Of a stretch of DNA of 64,000 bases, positions 13,387-26,275 are shown one piece after another (position 1 is the first letter of the stretch; each line of letters begins with the position of its first letter). Source of the DNA: Chrysomallon squamiferum. Taxonomy: Eukaryota > Animalia > Mollusca. A program made the translations under genes and the position numbers. The stretch covers positions 20,274,001 to 20,338,000 of the forward strand of contig CM022677.1 of assembly GCA_012295275.1 (NCBI GenBank), in the 5' to 3' direction. Below the pieces are notes generated by a model, which saw only the letters and a program-made list of their open reading frames with translations, had not been told where the DNA came from and did not search any database.

Positions 13387-13794
13387 GACAAACACACACA
13401 GAGAAATGTATAACTCTGAGATATCCACACGCATACATGTAATTATATATAACAATATTTAGAACACAGAAATACATACATTTGCATATACACACACAAA
13501 ACACACGCATACACACTCATACATTCATATACATACATATATATATATATATATGTTTGCACACAGGTACTTTATATATGCTTGCGTGAGTTCGAGTGTA
13601 ATATCTCTTAGGTATGTATATTTGCATGTGTGCGTCTGTATGTTGTTAATAAGATAATAACACGAAATAAAAATCTACAGTGTTTTTATTAACATGATAT
13701 TATGTCAATTAACCATCAAAAGAAATCCACATATTACGAAATCCCATTGTAATGAAATATAAAAAACTTGTACAAACTGCAAGCGATAAATTTA

Positions 13795-14235
13795 TAAGTC
13801 AAATATCATTCCGTACTGAAAAATGCATAAATCAGATTCCATACAGAATAATTCAGTTTAATATTCGTAAGTCAAATTGCATATAGAATAATGTAGCTTG
13901 GTATTCGTAAGTCAAAATCCAGAGTAATGAAGTTCGATATTCGTAAGTGAAAATCTATATAGAGTAATGCAGTTTAATATTCGTAAGTCAAAAATACAGT
14001 TCTGTATTCGTAAGTCAAATTCCACACACAATAATGCATTTTGGTATTCCTAGATCAAATTCCATACAGAATTATGTTTTTTGATATTCGTAAGTCAGAT
14101 TAGACACATAATAAGGCATTTTGGAACTCGTAAGTCAAATTCCTTATACAATAAATAGGTTGGTGTTCTTAAGTCAAATTCCACTTAGAATAATGAATTT
14201 TGATATTTGTACTTCAAATTCGATGCAGAATATTT
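13795..14235. repeat. Degenerate ~40 bp minisatellite (ttcgtaagtcaaattccatacagaataatgcagtttgata)
   Basis: About 10 diverged copies sharing ttcgtaagtcaaa. Confidence 0.8.
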
Positions 14236-14276
14236 CAGTTTTGGGTTTAGCAGATTCCATTCAATGCTGAAGTTTG

Positions 14277-14324
<48 letters not shown>

Positions 14325-14339
14325 TGTAACATAGGTGTT

Positions 14340-14554
14340 TTACTCACTCCCTGTTAACATCTTCACCAGGCCTGATTTGGGCGTGGCCCGATACCGGGTA
14401 CTGAGCCTGGAGGGGCTCAGTCACATTTGAAGGAGACTGGGGTGGCCACAGACTGAAAATGAGTCAATGGGATTTTTCAGTCTGTCTCTTCGTTTTCTGT
14501 CCTTGCTGGACAGGAGCCCCAGTCCCTCGAGAAGAACTCCTGAAGGAGCCGTAC

Positions 14555-14600
<46 letters not shown>
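14340..14600 (+). mobile_element. Short GC-rich retroposon-like insert with (AAT)n tail
   Basis: GC-rich island with several hairpins, ending directly in an AAT microsatellite; family not identified. Confidence 0.45.
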
Positions 14601-14607
<7 letters not shown>

Positions 14608-14626
14608 TTATAAAAATAATATTAAT

Positions 14627-14664
<38 letters not shown>

Positions 14665-15516
14665 TAATAATAATAATGATTATAAAAATAATAATATTAA
14701 TAATAATAATAATAATTGAAAAAAAAGGAGAAAATAATGGCCACTTCAGATTTCACTTCGCAGAGTATTATCAGAGAACGGCACTTGGAGACAATAAATT
14801 TTCCCGTTCTAGATCAACATCTCCAGTTTATATTAATTGGCATGTCCCATGCTTAAATTCTTAGATTTTTCTTTTCCTTCTCAGCCTTTTTCGGCCATTC
14901 AGATGTTAATCCCTACTTCTGTGTTTTTCATGTTTTTAGATTCTTATAACCGATATTATTTTTCTTTCCACATCTAAGAATTCCTAAATGGCTTTCCACA
15001 TTGCTGTCACGGCCGCTGTTAAGAAGTCCATATTTACATATATATATGTATATATATATACATACTTATTTTTATATATATCATGTAGACAGTTTTACAT
15101 TATTCTTAGCAATGTTTCAAATATCGTAAACCGGTTTCTAAATCTGTTTTGATAGCGATCCACTTCAGCTGAGGTAAGGAGAAAAAAAAAAAATCTTTCA
15201 GTATCAAAATTATTTCTTGGTATAAAAATATTTCGAAAACTGACATGCCCACACTCTGTAATCCGACTGATAAATCGACCGCCATTTTGTTAATGTTCGG
15301 ATTACTTCATGACTGTAAAATATTAAGAATAATGTTGCAGGTATATATTATAAAAAAAAAAAAAAAAAGTTAATAAACTGAAATATGAATTGTCATTCAT
15401 GGTTTTTTTTTTTAATAAAAGACCATCCTTTCTCCTAATTATTCTTCTGTAATCGTTTTCGCTATTTCGTGTGTTTTGGGGGGTTTGTTATTAGTTTTTG
15501 TGTTGACTGATTATTT

Positions 15517-15595
15517 TTATATAGTCGTTGATTGTTCGTCAAAACCTGGATTTGCAAGTCCTTCGTGTTCGTACAGTTCATGAGTCCCCTTCGGT
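15517..15595 (-). CDS. Gene B terminal coding exon: cytoplasmic tail
   Basis: catag| acceptor, phase 2 matches the TM exon: RPKGTHELYEHEGLANPGFDEQSTTI*. Confidence 0.8.
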
Positions 15596-16097
15596 CTATG
15601 GAAAAAAAAAAGTAACAATGACGATGATGATCATGATGATAATAATAATAACAATTAGAAGAGTTGTAGTAGTAGTAGTAGTAGTAGTAGTAGCAGCAGT
15701 AGGAGCAAAAGAAGTCTAACAGCTTTAATAGTAGTTACAATAGTAGTTATACCTGAAGCAATAGTAGGAGCAATATTATCAATATCAGTAGTACTGCTAT
15801 TAATACTACTGCTAATACTGGTAGCCAGTACTGTAGTAGGAGTAATAATGGTAATGGTAATAATAATAGTAGTATCTTTAATACTAATTGCAATACCAAC
15901 AGCAGCAATAGTAGTAATGGTAACAGTTATAATAGTAGCAATATTACTCCCAGGAGTAGTAATAACAACAGTAATGTATTTGTAATAGAATTAGTAGCAT
16001 TTGTTGTAGTATTGGTAGTGTTGGTAATAGGTATATATATATATACTACTAATAATAACAACGGTAACAGCGACAGTTGTTGCCGTTGCTGCAGTAC

Positions 16098-16233
16098 CTG
16101 CTACACGTGACAAGGATGCAGTAGCCTATGAAGGCGAGCACGACGAGGACACCGGCGATACCTAACATCGCCTTCATCATTATGTTGTCCACTCCTTTGT
16201 CAGATTTCTTGGATTTCAAATCCGGCTTCTCTT
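16098..16233 (-). CDS. Gene B juxtamembrane + transmembrane exon
   Basis: ggtag|...|gtactg, 136 bp, phase 1-2: EEKPDLKSKKSDKGVDNIMMKAMLGIAGVLVVLAFIGYCILVTCS. Confidence 0.88.
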
Positions 16234-16309
16234 CTACCAATAAAGATCACTCAATGTTTACACTCTTCGAGAATACGTACACACTGTTCATACATACTTA
16301 GAATAGTTT

Positions 16310-16690
16310 TATACAAACGTACTTACAATACAGTTCAGAGATACGTACTTACAATACAGTTCAGAGATACGTACTTACAATACAGTTCAGAGATACGTAC
16401 TTATAATACAGTTCACACATACGTACTTACAATACAGTTCACACATACGTACTTATAATAATGTTCACACATACGTACTTACAATACAGTTCACACATAC
16501 GTACTTAGAATACCGTACATATGTACTTAGAATACTGTTCATACATACGTACTTACAATACAGTTCACACATACGTACGTAGAATACTGTTCACACATAC
16601 GTACTTAGAATACAGTTCAGAGATACGTACTAGAATGTAGTTCTTACGGACATAGAATACTGTTCATGCATACGTCCGTAGAATATTGTA
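16310..16690. repeat. 26 bp minisatellite (tacgtacttacaatacagttcacaca)
   Basis: About 13 tandem copies. Confidence 0.88.
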
Positions 16691-17066
16691 CGGTATCTTG
16701 AGTAAACTGCAGTCGTAGATGTACTCCTTTGGGCGTGTTTACACACATATACATTGTATACGGTACACACATATTTGATTTGTGTGTGCGTTTGTAGGAA
16801 TATATATATATATACGTATGAATAGCTACATACTTACAATACAGTTCCCAGAATACAAGTACGTATGTATGAATGTGTGTGTGTGTGTGTGTGTTTCTGC
16901 ATGCTTTTGTATATCTGTGTATGTGTATCTCTATATGCCAAGAAAAACATGTAAGATATTATACGTAATGTACGCGTATACAGATTTAATGTATGGATGG
17001 GATATACATGTATGAACTATGGACAGACGCACGGATGGATGGACGGACGTTGTCATGGAAACGTAC

Positions 17067-17159
17067 CGCACAGAAGCCCTGTCCACTCAGGGGGACAGTC
17101 ACAAGCCAGGCAGTCGTCGTTTGGCATCCCCCCATTAGAACAGCGCAGAAGACAGACTT
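17067..17159 (-). CDS. Gene B EGF-like exon 17
   Basis: ttacag|...|gtacgt, 93 bp: EVCLLRCSNGGMPNDDCLACDCPPEWTGLLC. Confidence 0.88.
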
Positions 17160-17622
17160 CTGTAATTAGCACAGATTTCTTACGTTCATTATATATTTAC
17201 TTTTATGTATTAACTCGTTATAAATATTGTATAGGTAATCATGTGTTTAGTTTTGTTTAAGTGGTTAATTAATTTAGTTTAATCGAACAAAAGAAATTTA
17301 AACAAAAAAGTAAGTACATTTTTTTGGTGAAGTCGTGACGTCATCACTTACACGCGGACCTATTTGTACTAAACATTTCTACTAGTCTTGTTAAAACAAC
17401 AACAACGAAATAATAATAAATGAATGAACGAATGAATAAATAAACTTACAAATAAATAAATAAATAAATAAATAATATCGCATACGCAGTGACGTCACTA
17501 TTCCAACTGCAGAGTCGATAAAATGGCGGCCTTCGATAGGAGGTGCAGAACCGTTACACTTATAAATGAAATGAAATAAACAGAAAAGACGAAAGGAAAG
17601 AAAAAGAAAAACAACAACCTAC

Positions 17623-17715
17623 CACATCTTTCTCCAAACCACTGACTATGACAGTAACACTTGTTACATCTTCTGCTGGTTGTTCCTCCGTTGAGGCACG
17701 TGAGTCCGCAGTTTT
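17623..17715 (-). CDS. Gene B EGF-like exon 16
   Basis: tcacag|...|gtaggt, 93 bp: ENCGLTCLNGGTTSRRCNKCYCHSQWFGERC. Confidence 0.88.
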
Positions 17716-17859
17716 CTGTGACCCAGGAAAACAAGACAAAGCATTAGTAACCAAGATGAACACTAAAATAAATACGTTCGCTTCTCCGTTTTATTTCTGT
17801 AGTGTGTGTGACTGTGTGTGTTTGTATGTCTGTGTGTATATGTGTGTGGGTGCGTGTGC

Positions 17860-17911
<52 letters not shown>

Positions 17912-17983
17912 GAACTGTCTGTCTGTCTAGGTAGGCATGTGTTTGTACGTATTTGTGTATATCTGTATGTACATATTCATGCA

Positions 17984-18031
<48 letters not shown>

Positions 18032-18128
18032 ATGTATGTATGTATATACGTATTCATGTACCTATCTATGACTGTGTATGTATGTCTTTATGTTTGTATG
18101 TATGTATAGCTGTACGAAATGACAGTAC

Positions 18129-18221
18129 CACAGCCAGGGCCTTTCCAGAATCCTTCACAGACGCATTTGCTGCAGGCGTGGTCAATGACGTGCCTTTCGC
18201 CGCACACCACATCACATTGCT
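18129..18221 (-). CDS. Gene B EGF-like exon 15
   Basis: ttgtag|...|gtactg, 93 bp: xQCDVVCGERHVIDHACSKCVCEGFWKGPGC. Confidence 0.87.
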
Positions 18222-18347
18222 CTACAACAGAGACGTCGTCGTAACAAAACTACACGAATCATTAACATCTCTGGTTTGTATATACACACCGACACATACA
18301 TAATATACATACAAGAACACATTTACATCCACACGCACATAGGCACA

Positions 18348-18378
<31 letters not shown>

Positions 18379-18406
18379 GACATACATACATACATACATA
18401 CATACA

Positions 18407-18440
<34 letters not shown>

Positions 18441-18677
18441 CATACACACTCAGAAAAAGATAAATCCTTAAATTCTTATGTAATGGTGATGATGGTTATG
18501 ATGAATAAAAAAAAAAAAAAAAAAAAAAAGTAAATAAGTAAATAAACAAATAAATAAATAAATAAATAAATACGTAAATAAATAAATAAGAAATAAATAA
18601 ATAAGTAAATAAGTAAGTAAATAAATAAATAAATAAACAAGGAAATAAATAAATAAATAAATAAGTAAATGAACAAA

Positions 18678-18712
<35 letters not shown>

Positions 18713-19275
18713 ATAGATAAAATAAATAAATAAATAAATAAATAAAAATAAATAAATAAATAAATAAAAAATAATAAATATATAAACAAACAAATAAATA
18801 AATAGATAACATAAATAAATAATAAATAAATAAATATACAAACAAATAAATAAATAATTAATAAATAGTTAAAATAAATAAATAATAAGAAATAAATAAA
18901 TAAATAAGTAAGTAAATATAGATAAAATAAATAAACAAATAAATAAATAAATAAGTAAAATAAATAAAAAAAAAAAAATAATAAAGATATAAACAAACAA
19001 ACAAATAAATAGATAAAATAAATAAATAATAATAAATAAATATATAAATAAATAAACACACAAATAACTAACTAACTAAACAAACATACAGACAAACAAA
19101 TACATAAAACAAAAACAAACAAATAACTAAATAAATAACTAAATAACTAAATAACTAAATAAATAACTAAATAACTAAATAAATAAATAAATAAATAACT
19201 AAATAACTAAATAACTAAATAACTAAATAAATAAATAAATAACTAAATAAATAAATAAACAAATAAATTTCTCAC

Positions 19276-19368
19276 GACAGGACGGGCCTCTCCAGTTTCC
19301 GTGACAAATACACCTGTCACAATTCTTAGTAGACACGCCGCCATTTTTACACGGCAAGCCACACTCGT
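19276..19368 (-). CDS. Gene B EGF-like exon 14
   Basis: ttgcag|...|gtgaga, 93 bp: DECGLPCKNGGVSTKNCDRCICHGNWRGPSC. Confidence 0.88.
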
Positions 19369-19533
19369 CTGCAACACAACACTTTTACTATCACCAAACA
19401 CACAAACGTATGTGTGCGTACATGTGTGTGTGTGTGTCTGTGTATATATATATATATATATAAAAGTATACCCCAAAACGAAGTAATGAAATTAAAATTC
19501 AAACGCACAAACATATACTTCAGTATTTATTAG

Positions 19534-19636
<103 letters not shown>

Positions 19637-19934
19637 GCACACATACCTATATCACAAACGCAAACGCACTCATGCATACCCACATATAAACCATCATACA
19701 AACACATACATACATGCATACACACACATATACGTACCATCATACACATATTTACACACACATACATACATACACACACACGTACATACACAAACACACA
19801 CACACACACAACACACAAAGAAACTAACAAACATATTTAACACATTACAGACAAACTTAAACATACACACACAAACAGACAAACTCAAACACACACACAC
19901 ACACACACATAACGACGTGGGCGCTGTTACCTAC

Positions 19935-20030
19935 CACATCGATCTCCTGCCCACGGCGACGGACACTGACAACGACTACACACCTGACTGTCTGCGATGC
20001 CGTTGTGTTCGCATGTCAGAACACAGCTGT
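19935..20030 (-). CDS. Gene B EGF-like exon 13
   Basis: ttacag|...|gtaggt, 96 bp: DSCVLTCEHNGIADSQVCSRCQCPSPWAGDRC. Confidence 0.88.
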
Positions 20031-20439
20031 CTGTAATTATAAATTACGACAACGACGTCAGTAACGTAGATAATAACGACCAGCTAATAGATTAATATAA
20101 GGTCATACATACATCGGCACAAAACAACAACAACAACAACAACAGTAACAACGACAGCAACAACTACAATAAAATAATAATAATAATAGTTACTGTAACA
20201 ACAATAACAACAGTAATACTAACAACAACAACATAAATAATAATAATTACAATAGGAGGAGCAACAACTAAATCAACTAAATCAACAAGAACAACAATAA
20301 TAGTAACAGAAAACGGTAACCACAACAACAACAACAACATCAACATCAATAATAATAATAATAATAACAAATACAATAATTGCAACAATGAAAATTATTA
20401 TTATCATTATTATTATTATTATTATTAGTTGTAGTAGTA

Positions 20440-20475
<36 letters not shown>

Positions 20476-20514
20476 TAACAACAACGACAGCGACACTAAT
20501 AAAACAAACAGTAC

Positions 20515-20607
20515 CACAGGTAGCGCCCATCCAGTAGCCTCCGCAGTTACATCCATTGCAGGCGTCGTTTGACACCCCTCCGTTGTTACACACCAAACTG
20601 CATTCAT
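20515..20607 (-). CDS. Gene B EGF-like exon 12
   Basis: tttcag|...|gtactg, 93 bp: DECSLVCNNGGVSNDACNGCNCGGYWMGATC. Confidence 0.88.
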
Positions 20608-20621
20608 CTGAAACATGTGTG

Positions 20622-20724
<103 letters not shown>

Positions 20725-20767
20725 CCCATGTCCGAACATAATGATAGAAACGGAGAGAGAGATATAC

Positions 20768-20850
<83 letters not shown>

Positions 20851-20892
20851 AGAGATAGTGAGAAAGAGAGAGAGAGAGAGAACAGAGAGAGC

Positions 20893-20950
<58 letters not shown>

Positions 20951-21059
20951 GCCAGTGAGTCAGAAAGAGAGAGAGAGACAGTGAGAGAGAGATAGAGAGA
21001 CAGAGAGAGACAGTGAGTTAGAAAGAGAGAGAGAGACAGTGAGAGAGAGAGAGAGAGAG

Positions 21060-21175
<116 letters not shown>

Positions 21176-21180
21176 CCTAC

Positions 21181-21273
21181 CACACACTGTTCCTTTCCAC
21201 GGCTGGGGACACAAGCATGCGTCACATGAAGGTTTCACTGTGCCACCGTGTACACACTGCAAACTGCAGATAT
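21181..21273 (-). CDS. Gene B EGF-like exon 11
   Basis: gtctag|...|gtaggt, 93 bp: DICSLQCVHGGTVKPSCDACLCPQPWKGTVC. Confidence 0.88.
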
Positions 21274-21745
21274 CTAGACGATGAACACACGAATAAATAA
21301 ATACAAACAATCAATTAATCAATCAATTAATCACTAAGTGAATGTATAAATAGACTAATTAATTAATTAATTCATATTTTATCTCGTCATCTCAACATAT
21401 TTTAGCGTCATATAATCGTTGATGTAGAAGGAAAACATTTAATTTCTTTTTTAAATTTACTGAGTTATGAATAAAAGGTAATAATGTTATTTCTTAATGC
21501 TTACAAGTTACTGTTTTTTTGTTTTTATCATAATAACAAAGAACGACAGAAAAAGTATTCTTTTCCGAAACCTTTCGTTGCCGCCATTTTATCCCGTCAG
21601 AAATGTAGTCGTGACGTAATTGTTTACGTGGTGGTCTCATACCTGTGTTTTTTTGTTTTTTTTTGTAATTTTATATGAGAAACTTTAGAGCAAATCACAG
21701 GACAATCACTTGCACATAACATACACATATCACATCATAGGAAAG

Positions 21746-22191
21746 TAGACTTACCACGTCACTGAATGTAGACTTACCACGTCAGTAAATGTAGACTTAG
21801 GATATCACTGAATGTAGACTTAACATGTCAATGAGTGTAGACTTACTACGTCACTGAATGTAGACTTACCACATTACTGAGAGTAGACTTACAACGTCAC
21901 TGAGTGTAGACTTACCACGTCACTGAATGTAGACTTACCACGTCAATGAGTGTAGACTTACCACGCCACTGGGTGTAGACTTACAACGTCACTGAGTGTA
22001 GACTCACCACGTCACTGAGTGTGGACTTACCACGTCACTGGGTGTAGACTTACCACGTCACTGAGTGTAGACTTACCACGCCACTGGGTGTAGACTTACC
22101 ACGTCACTGAGTGTAGACTCACCACGTCACTGAGTGTGGACTTACCACGTCACTGGGTGTAGACTTACCACGTCACTGAGTGTAGACTTAC
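21746..22191 (-). repeat. 23 bp minisatellite made of the exon-10 splice donor (GTG|GTAAGTCTAC)
   Basis: About 19 copies of gtagacttaccacgtcactgagt abutting the exon end. Confidence 0.92.
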
Positions 22192-22284
22192 CACACAAAC
22201 GTCCGGTCCACTGGTCAGTGCAGTAGCACCCAGAACAGTCGAGATTTGCGGTTCCCCCGTGGGTACAGGAAATACTGCACGTCT
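22192..22284 (-). CDS. Gene B EGF-like exon 10
   Basis: tttcag|...|gtaagt, 93 bp: ETCSISCTHGGTANLDCSGCYCTDQWTGRLC. Confidence 0.88.
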
Positions 22285-22315
22285 CTGAAAAAAAAAAAAA
22301 AAAAACAAAAATAAA

Positions 22316-22351
<36 letters not shown>

Positions 22352-22756
22352 CAACAATAAATCAATAAATAAATAAAAACAAAACAAAAACAAGAAAAAA
22401 CAAAAAAAGTAGGTAAAATAAATAAATAAAATAAACAAAAATAATTAAAAAAAAAGAAGAGAAAAACGAAATAAGAAAAACGAAAAAGAAAACGTAAGTA
22501 AGTTGAAATTACTTCACGTGTTAACTAAGTACGCTTTAGATAAACACACATTATTAATTTGCTAAGATCAAAGTATCTCCAGTAGAAATATATACATTTC
22601 TATATTCGTTACATAAAATGATATATTTGATGTGCCTACAATATACATTTAATTTCTATGTTACAGATATGAAGATAGATAACATAAACAAAACCCTGGT
22701 GTGTATCTTAATTTTAATATTATTAAATTTGTGTGTGTTTGTGTGTGTGTGTGTGT

Positions 22757-22788
<32 letters not shown>

Positions 22789-22850
22789 TGTGTGTGTGGA
22801 TGTTACACTGGTGTCTAAGAAATATAGTGGACATCAAACTGACCACTTAC

Positions 22851-22940
22851 CACAGCGTTTCCCTGACCAGTACTCGACACAGTTACATTTGGCGCAGACC
22901 TTGTCAGGCGTACCTCCGTTAGTGCACAGTGTACACACGT
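22851..22940 (-). CDS. Gene B EGF-like exon 9
   Basis: ttacag|...|gtaagt, 90 bp: DVCTLCTNGGTPDKVCAKCNCVEYWSGKRC. Confidence 0.88.
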
Positions 22941-23037
22941 CTGTAAAACAGAGAATTACTTCACATCGGCCTCAGTGAAACCCTAGCTAAACACAGGCCA
23001 TAAGCAATAACGTTTTGTGACCCTATCAGGATTCCAT

Positions 23038-23073
<36 letters not shown>

Positions 23074-23144
23074 TCTTTCACTGTCTCTCGCTCTCTTTCT
23101 CTGTAGATTTCTCTCTCCGTTTCTATCATTATGTTCAGACATGG

Positions 23145-23322
<178 letters not shown>

Positions 23323-23330
23323 GTGTTCTC

Positions 23331-23447
<117 letters not shown>

Positions 23448-23467
23448 CGCTAGCTGTGAGGACTTAC

Positions 23468-23557
23468 CACACAAGATCCCAGACCAGTAGCCATGACAGT
23501 CACACCCAGTACACTTCTTGTTAGCTGTACCCCCAGGACACGGCACCTCACACGTAT
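23468..23557 (-). CDS. Gene B EGF-like exon 8
   Basis: taccag|...|gtaagt, 90 bp: DTCEVPCPGGTANKKCTGCDCHGYWSGILC. Confidence 0.88.
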
Positions 23558-23955
23558 CTGGTATATGTAATAATAAAAACAATAACAACAACAACAACAA
23601 CAGCAACAACAACAACAACAATTATAATAATAACAATAATAACAATAATAATAATGATAGCAATAATAATAATAACAATAATAATAATAATGATAGCAAT
23701 AATAATAATAACAATAATAATAATAATAATAATAATGATAGCAATAATAATTATAATAATCATAATAATAATAATAATAATGATAGCAATAATAATAATA
23801 ATAATGATGGCAATAATAATAATAACAAAAATAATAATGATAACAATAATGATGATGTTGTTATATATACACACACACACACATACATACATACACAGAC
23901 ACGAAACAAGAAATGTAAATGTGCATGTATATATGTGTGCATTAATGTGATCATT

Positions 23956-23989
<34 letters not shown>

Positions 23990-24132
23990 TGTATGTTTTA
24001 TGGACAGATGAATGATCATACGTGTGTCTGCACGTGTTTTGCTTGTACTATGGCAAATAGGTAAGCTTTTACTCAGAGAAGCCTCTATATTCATTTTTAC
24101 ATCTATTTACGTATGTGTAATCTGTGATTTAC

Positions 24133-24228
24133 CACAGTTATCTCCCGTCCAGAAACCAGAACAGCGTTTACACTTCGTGCAGGTCGGGTCAGGGTTCATC
24201 CCGGCATAACACGTGATACCACACGTCG
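24133..24228 (-). CDS. Gene B EGF-like exon 7
   Basis: ttacag|...|gtaaat, 96 bp: ATCGITCYAGMNPDPTCTKCKRCSGFWTGDNC. Confidence 0.86.
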
Positions 24229-25050
24229 CTGTAATTTATAACATTTGTATCTACATACATATATCACGTGATACCACACACCTCTCTGTAATTTATAACA
24301 TTTGTATCTACATACCAATATCACGTGATACCAAACACCTCTCTGTAATTTATAACATTTGTATCTAAATACCAATATCACGTGATACCAAACACCTCTC
24401 TGTAATTTATAACATTTGTATCTACATACATATATCACGTGATACCAAACACCTCTCTGTAATTTATAACATTTGTATCTACATACCAATATCACCTGAT
24501 ACCAAACACCTCTCTGTAATTTATAACATTTGTATCTACATACATATATCACGTGATACCAAACACCTCTCTGTAATTTATAACATTTGTATCTACATAC
24601 ATATATCACGTGATACCACACACCTCTCTGTAATTTATAACATTTGTATCTACATACCAATATCACCTGATACCAAACACCTCTCTGTAATTTATAACAT
24701 TTGTATCTACATACATATATCACGTGATACCAAACACCTCTCTGTAATTTATAATATTTGTGTCTACATACATATATCACGTGATAGCACACGTCGTTGT
24801 AATTTATAACATTTGTATCTATATATCAATATCACGTGATAGCAAACACCTCTCTGTAATTTATAACATTTGTATCTACATACATATATCACGTGATACC
24901 AAACACCTCTCTGTAATTTATAACATTTGTATCTACATACCAATATCACGTGATACCTAACACCTCTCTGTAATTTATAACATTTGTGTCTACGTACATA
25001 TATCACGTGATACCACAAACCTCTGTAATTCATTTATACATATATCACGT
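24229..25050 (-). repeat. 57 bp minisatellite made of the exon-7 splice acceptor + exon start
   Basis: About 14 copies; minus unit ...ttataaattacag|AGAGGTGTTTGGTATCACGTG vs real ttataaattacag|CGACGTGTGGTATCACGTG. Confidence 0.92.
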
Positions 25051-25158
25051 GAACTGACATCAGTCTTATATATCTATGTGTGCATGCATGCATGTGTGTG
25101 TATGTATGTATACACATATATCACGTCATATGACATAAATATATCATTCATATCAACG

Positions 25159-25204
<46 letters not shown>

Positions 25205-25343
25205 TACTTATTTGTACATAAAAATTAATATATGTTGTCTTCATCGTTGATTTTGCTGCTGTTATGTAGATGTAAACGAGGATGGTGATGATGATGGTAT
25301 TAATGAGTGTATGTTTGGGTGTTTCCGCATGTATGTATGTATG

Positions 25344-25379
<36 letters not shown>

Positions 25380-25457
25380 GTATGTATGTAATTGTGTATG
25401 TATATACATATGTGTGTGTATGTGTGTGTATGTGTATATATATAAACAATGTCTTAC

Positions 25458-25550
25458 CACATGAAACTCCTTGCCATTTTCCATCACATTTACACTTGGT
25501 GCAGTGTTTGTTCGGACGTCCGCCATTTTGACAATCCAGTCCGCATTTTT
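25458..25550 (-). CDS. Gene B EGF-like exon 6
   Basis: ttgtag|...|gtaaga, 93 bp: xKCGLDCQNGGRPNKHCTKCKCDGKWQGVSC. Confidence 0.88.
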
Positions 25551-25579
25551 CTACAAATTAGATAGAATAAGTGACATGC

Positions 25580-25674
<95 letters not shown>

Positions 25675-25816
25675 AATATGTTTATGTTTGTTTCTGTACG
25701 TATGCTTGTGTGTCCGTTTCTATGTCTTTTGTTATTGTTGAAGCTGTAAGAGTGCATAATACGTACGCAACTATGTTTACATATATACAGATGCACACAC
25801 ACAGACACACACACAC

Positions 25817-25847
<31 letters not shown>

Positions 25848-26023
25848 ATATAATATAATATAATATAATATAATATAATATAATATAATATAATATAATA
25901 TAATATAATATAGTATAGTATAGCATAGTATAGTATAATATAATATAACATAATGTAATGTAATGCAATGCAATGTAATACAATGTAAAGCGGTGTGTGT
26001 GTTAAGAACTGAGGTAAACTTAC

Positions 26024-26113
26024 TGCAGGATGGACCGGTCCATTGTCCCACACACGTGCACCCAGTGCAGGCTGTGTTAGGTTTTCCTCTGTTGTGACAA
26101 ATGTTACATTCCT
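26024..26113 (-). CDS. Gene B EGF-like exon 5
   Basis: tttcag|...|gtaagt, 90 bp: [30 protein letters not shown]. Confidence 0.88.
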
Positions 26114-26154
26114 CTGAAACACAGCAGACTTTATTAACAGAACAATACAGCGTT

Positions 26155-26275
<121 letters not shown>

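Noticed and set aside
24196-24792. 198 aa repetitive ORF (YKCYKLQRGVWYHVIYVCR)n
   Set aside because: By-product of a 57 bp unit; it is not in the phase used by the gene's exons
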